64,000 bases of DNA from a bacterium (GTDB lineage Bacteria; Krumholzibacteriota; Krumholzibacteriia; LZORAL124-64-63), in assembly GCA_031441465.1 (NCBI GenBank), contig JANOEP010000054.1, positions 34,967 to 98,966 on the forward strand. The letters are read 5' to 3'. How positions within the stretch are numbered: position 1 is the first letter of the stretch; every line of letters starts with the position of its first letter. The notes under the pieces are model-generated. The model was not told the origin of the DNA. It saw nothing but the letters and a program-made list of their open reading frames with translations, and ran no database searches. A program made the position numbers and the translations under genes. Positions 12,904 to 23,083 of this stretch are shown here, in pieces.

Positions 12904-13800
12904 CTACAGGCCTTCCTTCAGGAGCCGCTCGAGGTAGGAGCGGTAGCTCGACGCGGGCATCGCCGCGGTCGTCGCCTCCAGGCCGGCCCGGTCCAGGAAG
13001 CCCCGGTTGTAGGCCACCTCCTCCAGGCAGGCGATCTTGAGCCCCTGGCGGGCCTCGAGCAGTCCGATGAACTGGCTGGCCTCGAGCAGGCTCGTGTGGG
13101 TGCCGGTGTCCAGCCAGGCGATGCCCCGACCCAGTTTCTCGACCACCAGCTCGCCGCGCTCGAGGTAGGCCCGGTTGACGTCGGAGATCTCCAGTTCGCC
13201 GCGCGGGGAAGGCTTCAGGCCGCGGGTGATCTCCACGACCTTGCCGTCGAAGAGGTAGAGCCCCGGCACCGCGTAGCGCGAACGCGGCCGCAGCGGCTTC
13301 TCCTCGATGCTGATGGCGAGACCCGCGGCGTCGAACTCCACCACGCCGTAGCGCTCGGGGTCCAGCACCGGGTAGCCGAAGATGCGGGCGCCGTGGCGGA
13401 ACCCGGCCACCATGCGGTCGAGGTTCATGCGCCCGTGGAAGACGTTGTCGCCCAGGATCAGGCAGACGCCCTCGCCCGCCAGGAACTCCTCCCCGACCAG
13501 GAAGGCCTGGGCGATGCCCTTGGGCTCGGGCTGGACCAGGTAGGTCAGGCTGATGCCCCACTGGGAGCCGTCGCCCAACAAGTCCACGAAACGCGGGGTG
13601 TCCTGCGGCGTCGAGATCACCAGGATGTCGCGCAGCCCGGCCATCATCAGGGTCGCGAGCGGGTAGTAGATCATGGGCTTGTCGTACACCGGCTGCAGCT
13701 GCTTGCTGGCCACGCGGGTCAGCGGGTACAGGCGGCTGCCGGCGCCGCCGGCCAGCACGATCCCCTTGCGGAGACCCGGGGCGGGGGTGGGGTCGTTCAT
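12904..13800 (-). CDS. rfbA: Glucose-1-phosphate thymidylyltransferase
   Basis: [47 protein letters not shown]; start trimmed to ATG 13800 overlapping the ribF stop. Confidence 0.96.
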   Translation of the reverse strand: MNDPTPAPGLRKGIVLAGGAGSRLYPLTRVASKQLQPVYDKPMIYYPLATLMMAGLRDILVISTPQDTPRFVDLLGDGSQWGISLTYLVQPEPKGIAQAFLVGEEFLAGEGVCLILGDNVFHGRMNLDRMVAGFRHGARIFGYPVLDPERYGVVEFDAAGLAISIEEKPLRPRSRYAVPGLYLFDGKVVEITRGLKPSPRGELEISDVNRAYLERGELVVEKLGRGIAWLDTGTHTSLLEASQFIGLLEARQGLKIACLEEVAYNRGFLDRAGLEATTAAMPASSYRSYLERLLKEGL

Positions 13801-14930
13801 CGGTCGCTCCTGGGCGGGGGCGCTGCGCCCTCGCGCCGGTTGAAGGTCTCGGGATCGAGAGCCGCGCGCGCGGCGGCCTCGTCGCGGGCCAGCTGCTCCC
13901 GCAGCGCCGCGACCGAGGGGAACGTGCGTTCGTCGCGCAGTCGGGCCACCCATTCCAGCTTGAGGCTGCGCTCGCGCACGTACCCGTGGAAATCCAGCAC
14001 GTGCACTTCGAGCCGCGGCCGGGGCAGGCCGCCGGGATTGACCGTCGGCGCCAGGCCGAAGTTGAGCATCCCCCGGCAGACGGCGCGCTCGGTGCCCGGC
14101 GCGCCGAGCAGGTCGCCGTGGCGATCGACTTCGGGCAGATGGCCGTGACGGTAACCGGCCACCGCGCGGAGGTCGTCGCCGGCGACGGCGTCGGTCGGCA
14201 CGTGAACCCAGACGGCGTAGACGCCGGGCGCCGGCAGCTGCTTGTCGGGATCCAGGGGCTCGACGTTGGCCGTCGGGTAGCCCAGCGTCGCGCCGCGGCC
14301 GGCGCCGTACCCCACCTCGCCCCACAGGCTGTACGGCCGGCCGAGCATGGCGGCGGCCCGCGCCACCTCGCCCTCGCGCAGCAGGCGGCGGATCGCGGAG
14401 CTGCTGACGACCTCGCCGCCCAGCGCCAGCGGCGGCACGATCTCGAAACCGAAGCCGTCGCGCCGGGCCAGCTCCGCCAGGGAGTCGGCGCGGCCGCCGC
14501 GGCCGGCGCCCAGGTGAACATCGTGACCGCCGACGAGGTGGCGCATGCCCAACAGGCCGCGCAGGAAGCGGCGGACGAACTCGTCGTAGGGCATCGCCGC
14601 GAGCGCCGGGCAGAAGTCGGCGGCGACCACCGCGTCGATGCCCGTGTCCTGCAGCAGGGCGAGCTTCTCGCTCCAACTGGTCAGCAGGCGCGGGCGGTCG
14701 GCGTCCAGGACGCTGCGCGGGTGGTGACGGAAGGTGAACAGGCAGCTCAGGGCGAGGTCGCGCCCGTCGCGGGTCTCGCGGACGGCGTCGATCAGCGCGC
14801 GGTGGCCGAGGTGCACGCCGTCGAAGGCGCCCAGAGCAACCGCCGTCTCGGACAGGGCGCCGCCGGGAAGGTCCTCGCGACCGTCCAGGATCCGCGTGAT
14901 CAGTTCGCTGCTGAGACGGATCAGGCGCAA
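13797..14930 (-). CDS. ribF: Bifunctional FAD synthetase/riboflavin kinase
   Basis: [45 protein letters not shown]. Confidence 0.93.
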   Translation of the reverse strand: MRLIRLSSELITRILDGREDLPGGALSETAVALGAFDGVHLGHRALIDAVRETRDGRDLALSCLFTFRHHPRSVLDADRPRLLTSWSEKLALLQDTGIDAVVAADFCPALAAMPYDEFVRRFLRGLLGMRHLVGGHDVHLGAGRGGRADSLAELARRDGFGFEIVPPLALGGEVVSSSAIRRLLREGEVARAAAMLGRPYSLWGEVGYGAGRGATLGYPTANVEPLDPDKQLPAPGVYAVWVHVPTDAVAGDDLRAVAGYRHGHLPEVDRHGDLLGAPGTERAVCRGMLNFGLAPTVNPGGLPRPRLEVHVLDFHGYVRERSLKLEWVARLRDERTFPSVAALREQLARDEAAARAALDPETFNRREGAAPPPRSDR

Positions 14931-14939
14931 GGTCTCCCC

Positions 14940-15935
14940 CTAGTCCGACCCGGGCGTCGCCGGGAACACGGCCGGCGTGCGCAGGCTCCGCGTCGCGGCA
15001 TCATCTTCGCCCATCCGCGCGACCGCGACCAGGCCGCCGTCCGGGGCCAGCAGCCGCAAGAGACCAGCGGGCCCCGTCGCGGCGGCCGCGACCGCCGCCC
15101 GCGCCGTCAGTTCCGCGCCCGGAGGCAGCCCCCGCCGCAGGTCCGCGGCCTCCCCCGCCGTCAGTTCGACCGCCGACGCTGCCGGCAGGGCCAGGGCGCA
15201 GGGGATCACCGCGGCGGCGACGGCCCGCGCGTCCCGCATCATATCCGCCGGCATGGCCCGTGCAACCTCAAAGGACCCGACCCGCTCCCGCCGCAGCGCC
15301 GACAGGTGGCCGACGGTGTCCAGGGCGAACGCCAGGTCGCGGGCCAGCGAGCGGACGTACGTGCCGGCCGAACACGCCAGCACCAGGTCGGCCTCGTGGA
15401 TCGTCGCTCCCCCGGGTCCGGCGACGCCCCACCTCGCGGCCGCCAGCTCGAGCGAGGAAACCCGCACCGCGCGCGCGGGCGCCGGCTGCGGCTGCTCGCC
15501 GCGGCGGGCCCGCTTGTAGAGCGGCACGCCGTCGCGCTTCAAGGCCGAGATCACGGGTGGGATCTGCAGCAGGTCGCCGCGGAAGCGGGACAGCGCGGCC
15601 TCGAGGTCGGCCGCCGACGCCGCGACCGCCGAACGGGCGTCCGGCTCGCCGTCGGCGTCGAGGGTGTCGGTGGACAGGCCGAAGCTGACGGTGGCCCGGT
15701 AGGACTTGTCGTGGCCGAGCAGGAAGGTCGAGAGGCGGGTGGCCGCGCCGCAGAGCACCAGGAGCAGCCCGGTGGCCATGGGGTCGAGCGTGCCGGCGTG
15801 GCCGCAGCGGTAGCGCGGCGCGCCGCGCGGCTGACGGCCGGGGCTCAGGGTGCGCAGGACGGTCGCCACCACGGCGTGGGAAGACACGCCCCGGGGCTTG
15901 TCCACCAGCAGCAACCCGTGCGGTCTGGTCTCCAT
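14940..15935 (-). CDS. truB: tRNA pseudouridine(55) synthase
   Basis: [36 protein letters not shown]. Confidence 0.95.
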   Translation of the reverse strand: METRPHGLLLVDKPRGVSSHAVVATVLRTLSPGRQPRGAPRYRCGHAGTLDPMATGLLLVLCGAATRLSTFLLGHDKSYRATVSFGLSTDTLDADGEPDARSAVAASAADLEAALSRFRGDLLQIPPVISALKRDGVPLYKRARRGEQPQPAPARAVRVSSLELAAARWGVAGPGGATIHEADLVLACSAGTYVRSLARDLAFALDTVGHLSALRRERVGSFEVARAMPADMMRDARAVAAAVIPCALALPAASAVELTAGEAADLRRGLPPGAELTARAAVAAAATGPAGLLRLLAPDGGLVAVARMGEDDAATRSLRTPAVFPATPGSD

Positions 15936-15944
15936 GCCGCGGCG

Positions 15945-17357
15945 TCAGTCGAGCTGGGGGGCGAGTTCCGCCACGAACGCCGCGGTCAGTGTCTCGGGGT
16001 CCCCGAACAGGGTGCAGCCGGCCGCCTGATGGTGGCCGCCGCCGCCGCGCTGCGACGCGGCCGCGTGCACGTCGCCGGCGGCGTCGGTGCGCAGCGACAC
16101 GCGCCAGGCGCCGTCCTCGCGCTCCTTCAGGAACACGATGAAGCGCACGCCGCGCACCGCCGAGGCCAGGCCCGTGAACTGCTCGGTGTCGGTCATGGAC
16201 GTCCCCGTCGCGGCGAGCATCCCGCGCGTGACGCGGAGCGTCAGGATGCGCCCCCCGTGGTGGTAGGCGAAGGTGTCGATCACCCTGGCCAGCAGCGCCA
16301 GCGAGGCCGGCGTGCGCTGGTGCAGGGTCCGCTCCGCGACGTCGGCGGCGTCGGCCCCGGCGGCCACCAGACGGCCGGCGGCCTCGAAGCTCAGCGGCAG
16401 GGTGTTCGGGAAGCGGAAGCCCCCAGTGTCGGTGTAGAGGCCGGCGTAGAGGTTGGTGGCCATCGTCGCCGTGAGGTCGAACCCGGGTTCGCCGCCGTCC
16501 TGCCCGGCGGCGAGCGACTCGATCACCCGCAACACCAGCAGCGAAGCCGAGCTGGCCACCGGCTCGAGCCAGCCGGGCAGCGGCGCGGGACCGTTTCCGT
16601 CGAGATGGTGGTCGATGCACCAGGCGGCGCCGACACGCGCGAGCAGCGGCTCCAGGTCACCGGCCCGCTCGAGATGGTGGCAGTCCACCGTCACGACCAG
16701 GTCGGGCCCTTCGTCGTTGGCCATCGCCGCGGCGACAGCGTCCGGTTCGAGCGCGTCCGTGTAGCCGGGCAGAGCTTCGCAGCCCGCCGGCGCCTCGAGG
16801 TAGCGCAGGGCCTCGGCGTCCTTGCCGGCGGCGCGCAGGGCCTCGGCCAGCGCCAGCGCGGAGCCCATGGCGTCGGGGTCGGGGTTGACGTGGGGCACGA
16901 CCCAGATCCGCGACGCGCCGGCGAGGGCCGCGAGCAGGTCGCGCGGCGGCTCGAGCGAGTCCAGGGTCCGGCGGCGCCGGCGCTCGGCCTCGCCCACGAA
17001 CTCGCCGCGGGCGCTCAGCTCGTCGAGGATGATCTCGACGCCCATCCCCTGGTCCAGCGATTCGTCGTAGATGAAGCGCAGGTCGGGCGTGGCGCGCAGG
17101 CGCAGCAGATCGCTGACGCGCCCCTGCAGGAAGCCGCGGGCCTTCTTGAGGCCGGCCAGGCTGTCCGCCCGCTCCCGCTCGCCGCCGAGGACCGACACAT
17201 ACACCAGCGCGACGGTCTGGTCGCGGTTGAGTTCAACGCCGTTGATCGTGACGAAGCCGACGCGGGGGTCCTTGACCTCGACGGCGAGCAGCTCGCCGAG
17301 GACCTTGCGGATCGCCGCGTTCTGGCGTTGCAGCTTGTAGGGATCCATGTCCACCAT
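15945..17357 (-). CDS. rbfA: Fusion of ribosome-binding factor A (N-terminal) and DHH/DHHA1 phosphoesterase (NrnA-like)
   Basis: N-term EVKDPRVGFVTI..LRLRATPDLRFIYDESL (RbfA); then in frame HVNPDPDAMGS, IDHH, YTDTGGFRF, VSLR, GGGGHHQAAG; alternative start ATG 17348. Confidence 0.9.
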   Translation of the reverse strand: MVDMDPYKLQRQNAAIRKVLGELLAVEVKDPRVGFVTINGVELNRDQTVALVYVSVLGGERERADSLAGLKKARGFLQGRVSDLLRLRATPDLRFIYDESLDQGMGVEIILDELSARGEFVGEAERRRRRTLDSLEPPRDLLAALAGASRIWVVPHVNPDPDAMGSALALAEALRAAGKDAEALRYLEAPAGCEALPGYTDALEPDAVAAAMANDEGPDLVVTVDCHHLERAGDLEPLLARVGAAWCIDHHLDGNGPAPLPGWLEPVASSASLLVLRVIESLAAGQDGGEPGFDLTATMATNLYAGLYTDTGGFRFPNTLPLSFEAAGRLVAAGADAADVAERTLHQRTPASLALLARVIDTFAYHHGGRILTLRVTRGMLAATGTSMTDTEQFTGLASAVRGVRFIVFLKEREDGAWRVSLRTDAAGDVHAAASQRGGGGHHQAAGCTLFGDPETLTAAFVAELAPQLD

Positions 17358-17430
17358 CCTGGAAACGCGGCAGGACGGCTGCGCGCCGTCCTGCCCGCCG
17401 GTCCGCCGGCGCCGGCCGCGCGCGTCCGCG

Positions 17431-20415
17431 CTACAGCTCGGTCCGGGTCTCCTCCTCGATGCGGTAGGTCTCGACCACGTCGCCTTCCTGCAGGTCGTGG
17501 AAATTCTCGAGGCCGATGCCGCACTCGTAGCCCGACTGCACCTCGCGGACGTCTTCCTTGAAGCGCTTCAGCGAACTGATCTTGCCCTCGAAGATCATCA
17601 TCTCGTGGCGTACCAGCCGCAGCAGCGAGTTGCGGATGATGGTGCCCTTGGTGACGTAGGCGCCGGCCACGGTGCCGACCTTCGGGATGTGGTAGACCAG
17701 GCGGATCTCGGCCGAGCCGGTCGAGACCTCGCGGCGGATCTTGCCGAGTAGGCCGGCCATCGCCTTGCGCATCGTGTCGACGACCTCGTAGATGATGTCG
17801 AAGACCTCGATGGTCACGCCCTGCTCCTTGGCCCGCTCCTGGATGGCGTTGCCCGGGCGCATGTGGAAGCCGATGATCATGGCCCCGGTGTTCGCGGCCA
17901 GCAGCACGTCCGACTCGTTGATGGCGCCGACGCCCTTGTGCACGATGCGGACATGGACCTCGTCGGTGTTCAGGTCGAGCAGGGCGTCGCAGATCGCCTC
18001 CACCGAGCCCGACACGTCGCCCTTGACGATGATCGGCAGTTCCTTGGTGTCGCCCTGGGCCACCATCTCCGCCAGGTTGTCCAGCGAGATCGAACGCTTG
18101 GGCGCCGAGAACTGCTGCACGCGCTGCAGCTGCCGGCGCTTGCCGGCGATGTCGCGGGACTCGCGCTCGGTGTCCGTGACGTGGAGGCGGTCGCCCGCCA
18201 GGGGCACGTCGCCGGCGCCGAGCACCACGGCCGGCTCGCCGGGCAGGACCTGGGTCAGGACCTCGCCGCGCTCGTCGAGCAGGGCGCGCACCTTGCCGTC
18301 CTGCATGCCGCAGACGAAGTGATCGCCGACGCGCAGGGTCCCCTGCTCCACCAGGACCGTGAAGAGGACGCCGCGCCCCGGCTCCTTCGAAGCCTCGACG
18401 ACGACGCCGCGCGCGTTGCCCTTGGACGAAGCCGCGAGTTCGAGCACTTCGGACTGCAGATGGACCAGCTCGAGCAGCCGCTCGATGTTGAGGCCCTTCT
18501 TCGCCGAGATCTCGGCGCTGAGCACGTCGCCGCCGAACTCCTCGACCACGATGCCCTGGCCCAGCAGGTCCTGCTTCACCAGGTCGGGCCGAGCTCCGGG
18601 CAGGTCGATCTTGTTGATGGCCACGATCAGCGGCACGCCCGCCGCCTTGGCGTGGTTGATGGCCTCGATGGTCTGCGGCATGATGCGGTCGTCGGCCGCC
18701 ACCACCAGGATCACGATGTCGGTGACCTGGGCGCCGCGCGCGCGCATGGCGCTGAAGGCCTCGTGGCCCGGCGTGTCCAGGAAGGTGATCGGGCCGCCGG
18801 GCGTCTGCACGCGGTAGGCGCCGATGTGCTGGGTGATGCCGCCGGCCTCGCCGGCGATGACGTTGGTCTTGCGGATGTAGTCCAGCAGCGACGTCTTGCC
18901 GTGGTCCACGTGACCCATCACCGTGACCACCGGCGCGCGGTGCTCGAGATCCTCCTCGAGGACTTCGGGCTCGGCGTCGGCCAGTTCCTCCTCGCCGTAC
19001 TCGCTGAGGAACTCGACGTCCTTCTCGAACTCGTCGGCCAGCAGCTCGATCTGTTCGCGCTCCAGACGCTGGTTCATCGTGGCCATCAAGCCCAGGGAGA
19101 ACAGCTTGGCGATGGCTTCGCGCGGCTGGATCTCGAACTTCTCGGCCAGTTCCTGCACCGTGATGAACTCGGTCACGCGCAGCATCGGGCCGGCGTCCGA
19201 CTCGGCCTCCGCCCCGCCGCCGCGGCGGTGACGCCGCCGGCCGCCCTTGACGCCGTCGAGTTGGGCCAGGGTCTGCTTCACGCTCTGGGCAACGGCCACC
19301 TCGTCCACCTTCTTCTTCTTGCGGCGCTTGCGCCGGTCGCTGTCCGGCGTGCCTTCGCGGACTTCCTGGCGGCGCTGCATCGCGGCCTGGACGGAATCCC
19401 GCACCGAACTGTTGGCGTCGCTGCGGCCGCGGTGACCCGTGAGGTCGCGTCGAACCTCGCCCCAGTTCCAATTCTCGGCGGGCTGGCCGTCGGCGCCGAG
19501 GACCGGCAGGCCGCCGGAGCCACCGCCCGGTGCGCGCGGCTCGGGCACCGCCAGCCCCGTCTTGGTCTGGACCACGCCGGAGCCCATGCGGATGACCTTG
19601 GCCGTCCGGCGGGGGCGACGGGAAGCCGCCGTCGACTTCTCGTCGCGGGCGCCCGGCTGTCCGCCGCCATCCTGCTCTTCCTGGGAAGCTTCGGCAGGCG
19701 CCGCCGGGGCCGCCGTCTCGACGGCCTCGGCCGTCGCTTCGGTCTCGGGCGCGGCCGTCTCGGCGGGCGCCGCCGCGGGCGCCTCGGCCGGGGTTTCCTC
19801 GGCGACCGCCTCGGCCTTGACCGGGACGTCGGCCTTCTTGATGATCCGGGCGCGGCGCAGCGGCGGCTTCGCCGCGGCTTCGGGCTCCGCGGGGGCCGCC
19901 GCCAGCGGCGGGGGGGCCTTCTTCGGCGCCTTCACGGCTGCGGCCGGTTCGGCCGGCGCGTCGGCGTGCGGCGCCTGGTCGGCCGGCGCCTTCAGCGTCG
20001 GCGTCGCCGCGGCAGGCGTCTTGTCGGCGGCGGTCTTGGCCGCCGGCTTCTTGGCGGCCGCATCCTTCGCGGCCGGCTCCTTCTTTGCGACGACCTTCTT
20101 CTTCGCGGCCTTCTTCGCCGGCTTGGCCGGTTTCTCCACCTCGGGCTCGTCGGGGGCCACCGGCAGGTCGAGGGGCCGGAAACTGGCGACGTGCTTGAGC
20201 TTTTCGGGATCCAGGTTGTGCGCCTTGGCATAGTTCAGGCGCATGATCTCCCGCTTGCGCTGGTAACTGGCGTGGATCTTCTCGATCACGTCGTCCTCGA
20301 CCACGCTCATGTGGCTCTTGGCCTCGGCGTGCATGTCCCGCATCATCTTGAGGATGACGGGGCTGTCGACACCGTAGTGCTTGGCGAGTTCGTAGACCCT
20401 GAGCTTCCTGACCAA
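17431..20415 (-). CDS. infB: Translation initiation factor IF-2
   Basis: LRVYELAK N-domain, PVVTVMGHVDHGKTSLLD, DTPGHEAF, NKID, ECGIGL; TTG start with GGAGG. Confidence 0.98.
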   Translation of the reverse strand: MVRKLRVYELAKHYGVDSPVILKMMRDMHAEAKSHMSVVEDDVIEKIHASYQRKREIMRLNYAKAHNLDPEKLKHVASFRPLDLPVAPDEPEVEKPAKPAKKAAKKKVVAKKEPAAKDAAAKKPAAKTAADKTPAAATPTLKAPADQAPHADAPAEPAAAVKAPKKAPPPLAAAPAEPEAAAKPPLRRARIIKKADVPVKAEAVAEETPAEAPAAAPAETAAPETEATAEAVETAAPAAPAEASQEEQDGGGQPGARDEKSTAASRRPRRTAKVIRMGSGVVQTKTGLAVPEPRAPGGGSGGLPVLGADGQPAENWNWGEVRRDLTGHRGRSDANSSVRDSVQAAMQRRQEVREGTPDSDRRKRRKKKKVDEVAVAQSVKQTLAQLDGVKGGRRRHRRGGGAEAESDAGPMLRVTEFITVQELAEKFEIQPREAIAKLFSLGLMATMNQRLEREQIELLADEFEKDVEFLSEYGEEELADAEPEVLEEDLEHRAPVVTVMGHVDHGKTSLLDYIRKTNVIAGEAGGITQHIGAYRVQTPGGPITFLDTPGHEAFSAMRARGAQVTDIVILVVAADDRIMPQTIEAINHAKAAGVPLIVAINKIDLPGARPDLVKQDLLGQGIVVEEFGGDVLSAEISAKKGLNIERLLELVHLQSEVLELAASSKGNARGVVVEASKEPGRGVLFTVLVEQGTLRVGDHFVCGMQDGKVRALLDERGEVLTQVLPGEPAVVLGAGDVPLAGDRLHVTDTERESRDIAGKRRQLQRVQQFSAPKRSISLDNLAEMVAQGDTKELPIIVKGDVSGSVEAICDALLDLNTDEVHVRIVHKGVGAINESDVLLAANTGAMIIGFHMRPGNAIQERAKEQGVTIEVFDIIYEVVDTMRKAMAGLLGKIRREVSTGSAEIRLVYHIPKVGTVAGAYVTKGTIIRNSLLRLVRHEMMIFEGKISSLKRFKEDVREVQSGYECGIGLENFHDLQEGDVVETYRIEEETRTEL

Positions 20416-20429
20416 GTGTCCTACCTCCG

Positions 20430-20804
20430 TCAGCGGTTGCGCCGTCTTCGTGACCGTCCCCCGCGCGGGGGTGCGGCGCCGATGCCTCGCAGGAAATCCG
20501 GGTCGTCGAGGGCGACGACCGTCAAGTTGCGCCGGCCGAGCGCCCGCGCCAGATCTTCGCGTCCCAGCAGGTCGCCCCAGATCGCCCTCACGGGCGCCAG
20601 CGAGAGGTAGCGGTCCCTCTGACGGGGACTCGCGTCGGTCGCCAGGACGAGCACGGGCCGACGCCCCTTGGCCACCATGCGGGAGACCTGTTCCGCCCCG
20701 GTGGCCAGCTTACCCGCGCGGAGCGCCAGTCCCAGCATCCTCAACAGCGCCTCGCCGTCGGCGGGAGCCTGCACTCCGCCGGTGTCGCCGCCGTTCTCGT
20801 TCAC
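20430..20804 (-). CDS. L7Ae/L30e-like RNA-binding protein (YlxQ-like)
   Basis: LGLALRAGKLATG..V, LVLATDAS, LARALGR; between nusA and infB; GTG start overlapping the nusA stop. Confidence 0.75.
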   Translation of the reverse strand: MNENGGDTGGVQAPADGEALLRMLGLALRAGKLATGAEQVSRMVAKGRRPVLVLATDASPRQRDRYLSLAPVRAIWGDLLGREDLARALGRRNLTVVALDDPDFLRGIGAAPPRGGRSRRRRNR

Positions 20805-22315
20805 GACTCCTCGTCCGGACGCTGCGGTTCCTCGGGCTCGGCCGGTACGGGCGTTTCGGGCAGTTCGCTCAACCGCGTGTCGAAGTCCGCGAACGGGTCG
20901 CCCGATACTTCGACGTCCTCGGCCGAGGCCGGCAGCGCCGGCTCGCCGGCCTCGTCCACGGCCGCGGCCTCCGCCGGGGACTCGAACAGGCTCTCGTCGA
21001 AGAGCGGCTTCTCCTCGGCCTCGGCCTTGGCCAGTTCCTCGGCCACGGTCGAGTCGATGATGCGGTCCAGCTCGTCGAGGGTCGCGAAAGCCGTCTGCTG
21101 AAGCGATTCGGCGGTCTTGGGTCCGATGCCCGGGATGGCCACGAGGTCGTCGTAGCCGGCTTCGGCCAGCGCCTCGATGGAGTCGATGCCGGCGCCGCGC
21201 AGTGCGGCGGCCAGCTTCTCGGTGATCCCGTTCATCTCGTCCAGCTCCATCGAGACTTCCTGCATGACGCGCTGGCGGATGTGGAACTCGCGGGCCGCGA
21301 CGAGGTTGATCTTCCACTCGGTGAGCTTGGCGGCGAGGCGGACGTTCTTGCCTTCCTTGCCGATGGCCTTCGAGAGCTGGTCGTCGTTGACCACGACGGT
21401 CGCCTCGCGGTTCTCCTCGTCCAGGATGATGCTGCTGACCTCGGCCGGGCTGAGCGCGCGGCTGATCAGCAGGGAGATCTCGGCGCTCCAGGGCACGATG
21501 TCGATGCGCTCGCCCGCGAGTTCGCGGGTGACGGCCTGCACGCGGGAGCCCTTCATGCCGACGCAGGAGCCGACGGCGTCAACGCGGTCGTCGTGGCTGA
21601 CCACGGCGATCTTGGAGCGGGAGCCGGGCTCGCGGGCCACGGCCTTGATCTCGACGATCCCCTCCTGGATCTCGGGGACCTCCTGCTCGAACAGCGACCG
21701 CAGGAAGTTGGGGTGGCTGCGCGAGAGGATGATCTGGGGACCCTTGGCGTTGTCGAGGACCTCGATGACCAGCGCGCGGATGGTCGAGCCCTGGTGGGCC
21801 TTCTCGCCGCGGATCTGCTCGCGGAACGGCAGCAGCGCCTCGACGCGGCCGAGGTTGACCAGCACGTTGCCGCGGTCGACCTGCTGCACGCTGCCGGTGA
21901 TGATCTCGCCGACACGGTCCTTGTAGGTATCGAAGATCTGGGTGCGCTCGGCCTCGCGCACCTTCTGCACGAGGATCTGCTTGGCCACCAGGATGGCGTT
22001 GCGCCCGAACTCCTCCAGGGGCAGCTCCCACCGGACCTGGTCGCCGATCTGGATGCTGTCGCCGAACTCCTCGCGGGCCTCGTCGATGTTCAGTTCCGCG
22101 TCCTCGTCCATGAGGTCGTCCACGACGGTCTTGACCTGTTCGACGGTCATCTCGCCGGTCACCTCGTCGACGCGGGCGTCGATGATGGCCTCGGCGCCGA
22201 GCTTCTTGCGGGCGGCCGACTGGAGCCCCGCGACCAGGGACTCGATGACCACGGCGCGGTTCAGATTCTTCTCCCGCGTGATCATCGCGAGGGCGTCCAG
22301 GACGTTGTAGTCCAT
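20801..22315 (-). CDS. nusA: Transcription termination/antitermination factor NusA
   Basis: FGRNAILVAKQ, AREPGSRSKIAV, GSCVGMKGSR, AIGKEGKNVRLAAKLT, HhH repeats, acidic tail. Confidence 0.98.
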   Translation of the reverse strand: MDYNVLDALAMITREKNLNRAVVIESLVAGLQSAARKKLGAEAIIDARVDEVTGEMTVEQVKTVVDDLMDEDAELNIDEAREEFGDSIQIGDQVRWELPLEEFGRNAILVAKQILVQKVREAERTQIFDTYKDRVGEIITGSVQQVDRGNVLVNLGRVEALLPFREQIRGEKAHQGSTIRALVIEVLDNAKGPQIILSRSHPNFLRSLFEQEVPEIQEGIVEIKAVAREPGSRSKIAVVSHDDRVDAVGSCVGMKGSRVQAVTRELAGERIDIVPWSAEISLLISRALSPAEVSSIILDEENREATVVVNDDQLSKAIGKEGKNVRLAAKLTEWKINLVAAREFHIRQRVMQEVSMELDEMNGITEKLAAALRGAGIDSIEALAEAGYDDLVAIPGIGPKTAESLQQTAFATLDELDRIIDSTVAEELAKAEAEEKPLFDESLFESPAEAAAVDEAGEPALPASAEDVEVSGDPFADFDTRLSELPETPVPAEPEEPQRPDEES

Positions 22316-22351
22316 GCTCCTGCTCCTGTGGCGGCGCCGGTCCGTGCCGGG

Positions 22352-22906
22352 TCAGCGTTCGCGCGTCTGGCGGCGCGTCTGGCGCGCCTGCTTCTTGTCG
22401 TCCTTGCGTCGGCGCCGGTCGGCCTGGATCAGCGCCTGGGCGTCGAACTCGGGATCGAGGTTGGCTTCCCGGATCCTGTGGCGCAGGATCTCGAGCGGCT
22501 CCTGATCGTCGGCCGTCCGCACCTGCAGCCGGTTTTCGTCCGCGGCCTCGAGCCGGCCCTTGACCGAGCGCGGGGGGCCCGCGGCGGCGACCTTCAGGAT
22601 CACGTCCTGCCCGACGGCCGCCGTGAAGTGGGTCGTCGTGCGCAGGGGGCGCCGCACGCCGGGCGAGGAGACCTCGATCACGTAGGCTTCGGCGACGAGC
22701 CCGGCCTCCTCGACCAGCATGCCCGCGCTGCGCGACGCCTCGGCGCAGTCGTCCACGCCGATGCCGCCCTCGCGGTCGACGTACAGGCGCAGGGTCAGCC
22801 GCCCGCCGCCGCGGAAGACGCGCACGTCGAGCAGGTCGTAGCCCTGCGCCGCGAGCGGGGCCACGAGCAGGTCCACTACGCGGCCCGCCAGCTCGTAACG
22901 GTCCAC
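22352..22906 (-). CDS. rimP: Ribosome maturation factor RimP
   Basis: LRLYVD..GIGVDDC, YVIEVSSPGVRRPL; start trimmed to GTG 22906 after GGAGG. Confidence 0.92.
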   Translation of the reverse strand: MDRYELAGRVVDLLVAPLAAQGYDLLDVRVFRGGGRLTLRLYVDREGGIGVDDCAEASRSAGMLVEEAGLVAEAYVIEVSSPGVRRPLRTTTHFTAAVGQDVILKVAAAGPPRSVKGRLEAADENRLQVRTADDQEPLEILRHRIREANLDPEFDAQALIQADRRRRKDDKKQARQTRRQTRER

Positions 22907-22950
22907 GCCGCCGCCTCCCGCCAACGGTCCCCGTGCGGGGGCCGTACATG

Positions 22951-22976
22951 AAAAGAAGTGGACTTGCGCCCACTCC
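22951..22976 (-). promoter_or_regulatory. rimP-leader attenuator-like hairpin
   Basis: Minus strand GGAGTGGGC-GCAA-GTCCACTTC-TTTT: GNRA-capped stem plus U-tract ~45 nt upstream of rimP. Confidence 0.75.
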
Positions 22977-23015
22977 AAAAACCGTGCCGGGTCGGCACAC
23001 TCCTGAAGTGGGGCC

Positions 23016-23045
23016 AATATACACCCGGGGCGGCCCGCGCGGCAA
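23016..23045 (-). promoter_or_regulatory. Putative sigma70 promoter of rimP-nusA-infB operon
   Basis: TTGCCG-N18-TATATT on minus strand just upstream of the leader hairpin. Confidence 0.55.
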
Positions 23046-23083
23046 GGAAAAACCGGCCCCGGCGAGCCGGGGGGCCGGACGGA

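Noticed and set aside
12904..14676. Apparent N-terminal extensions or fusions in the ORF track (rfbA; likewise lptG, NTP transferase, IID, IIA, lptB, kdsD, kdsC, rplU)
   Set aside because: They are off-frame overlaps with the upstream gene; true starts sit at stop/start overlaps or after an RBS. This differs from RbfA-DHH, where both halves carry family motifs
19680..20140. Repetitive Ala/Pro/Lys/Glu-coding DNA
   Set aside because: Ordinary low-complexity N-terminal linker of IF-2; not a repeat array or CRISPR
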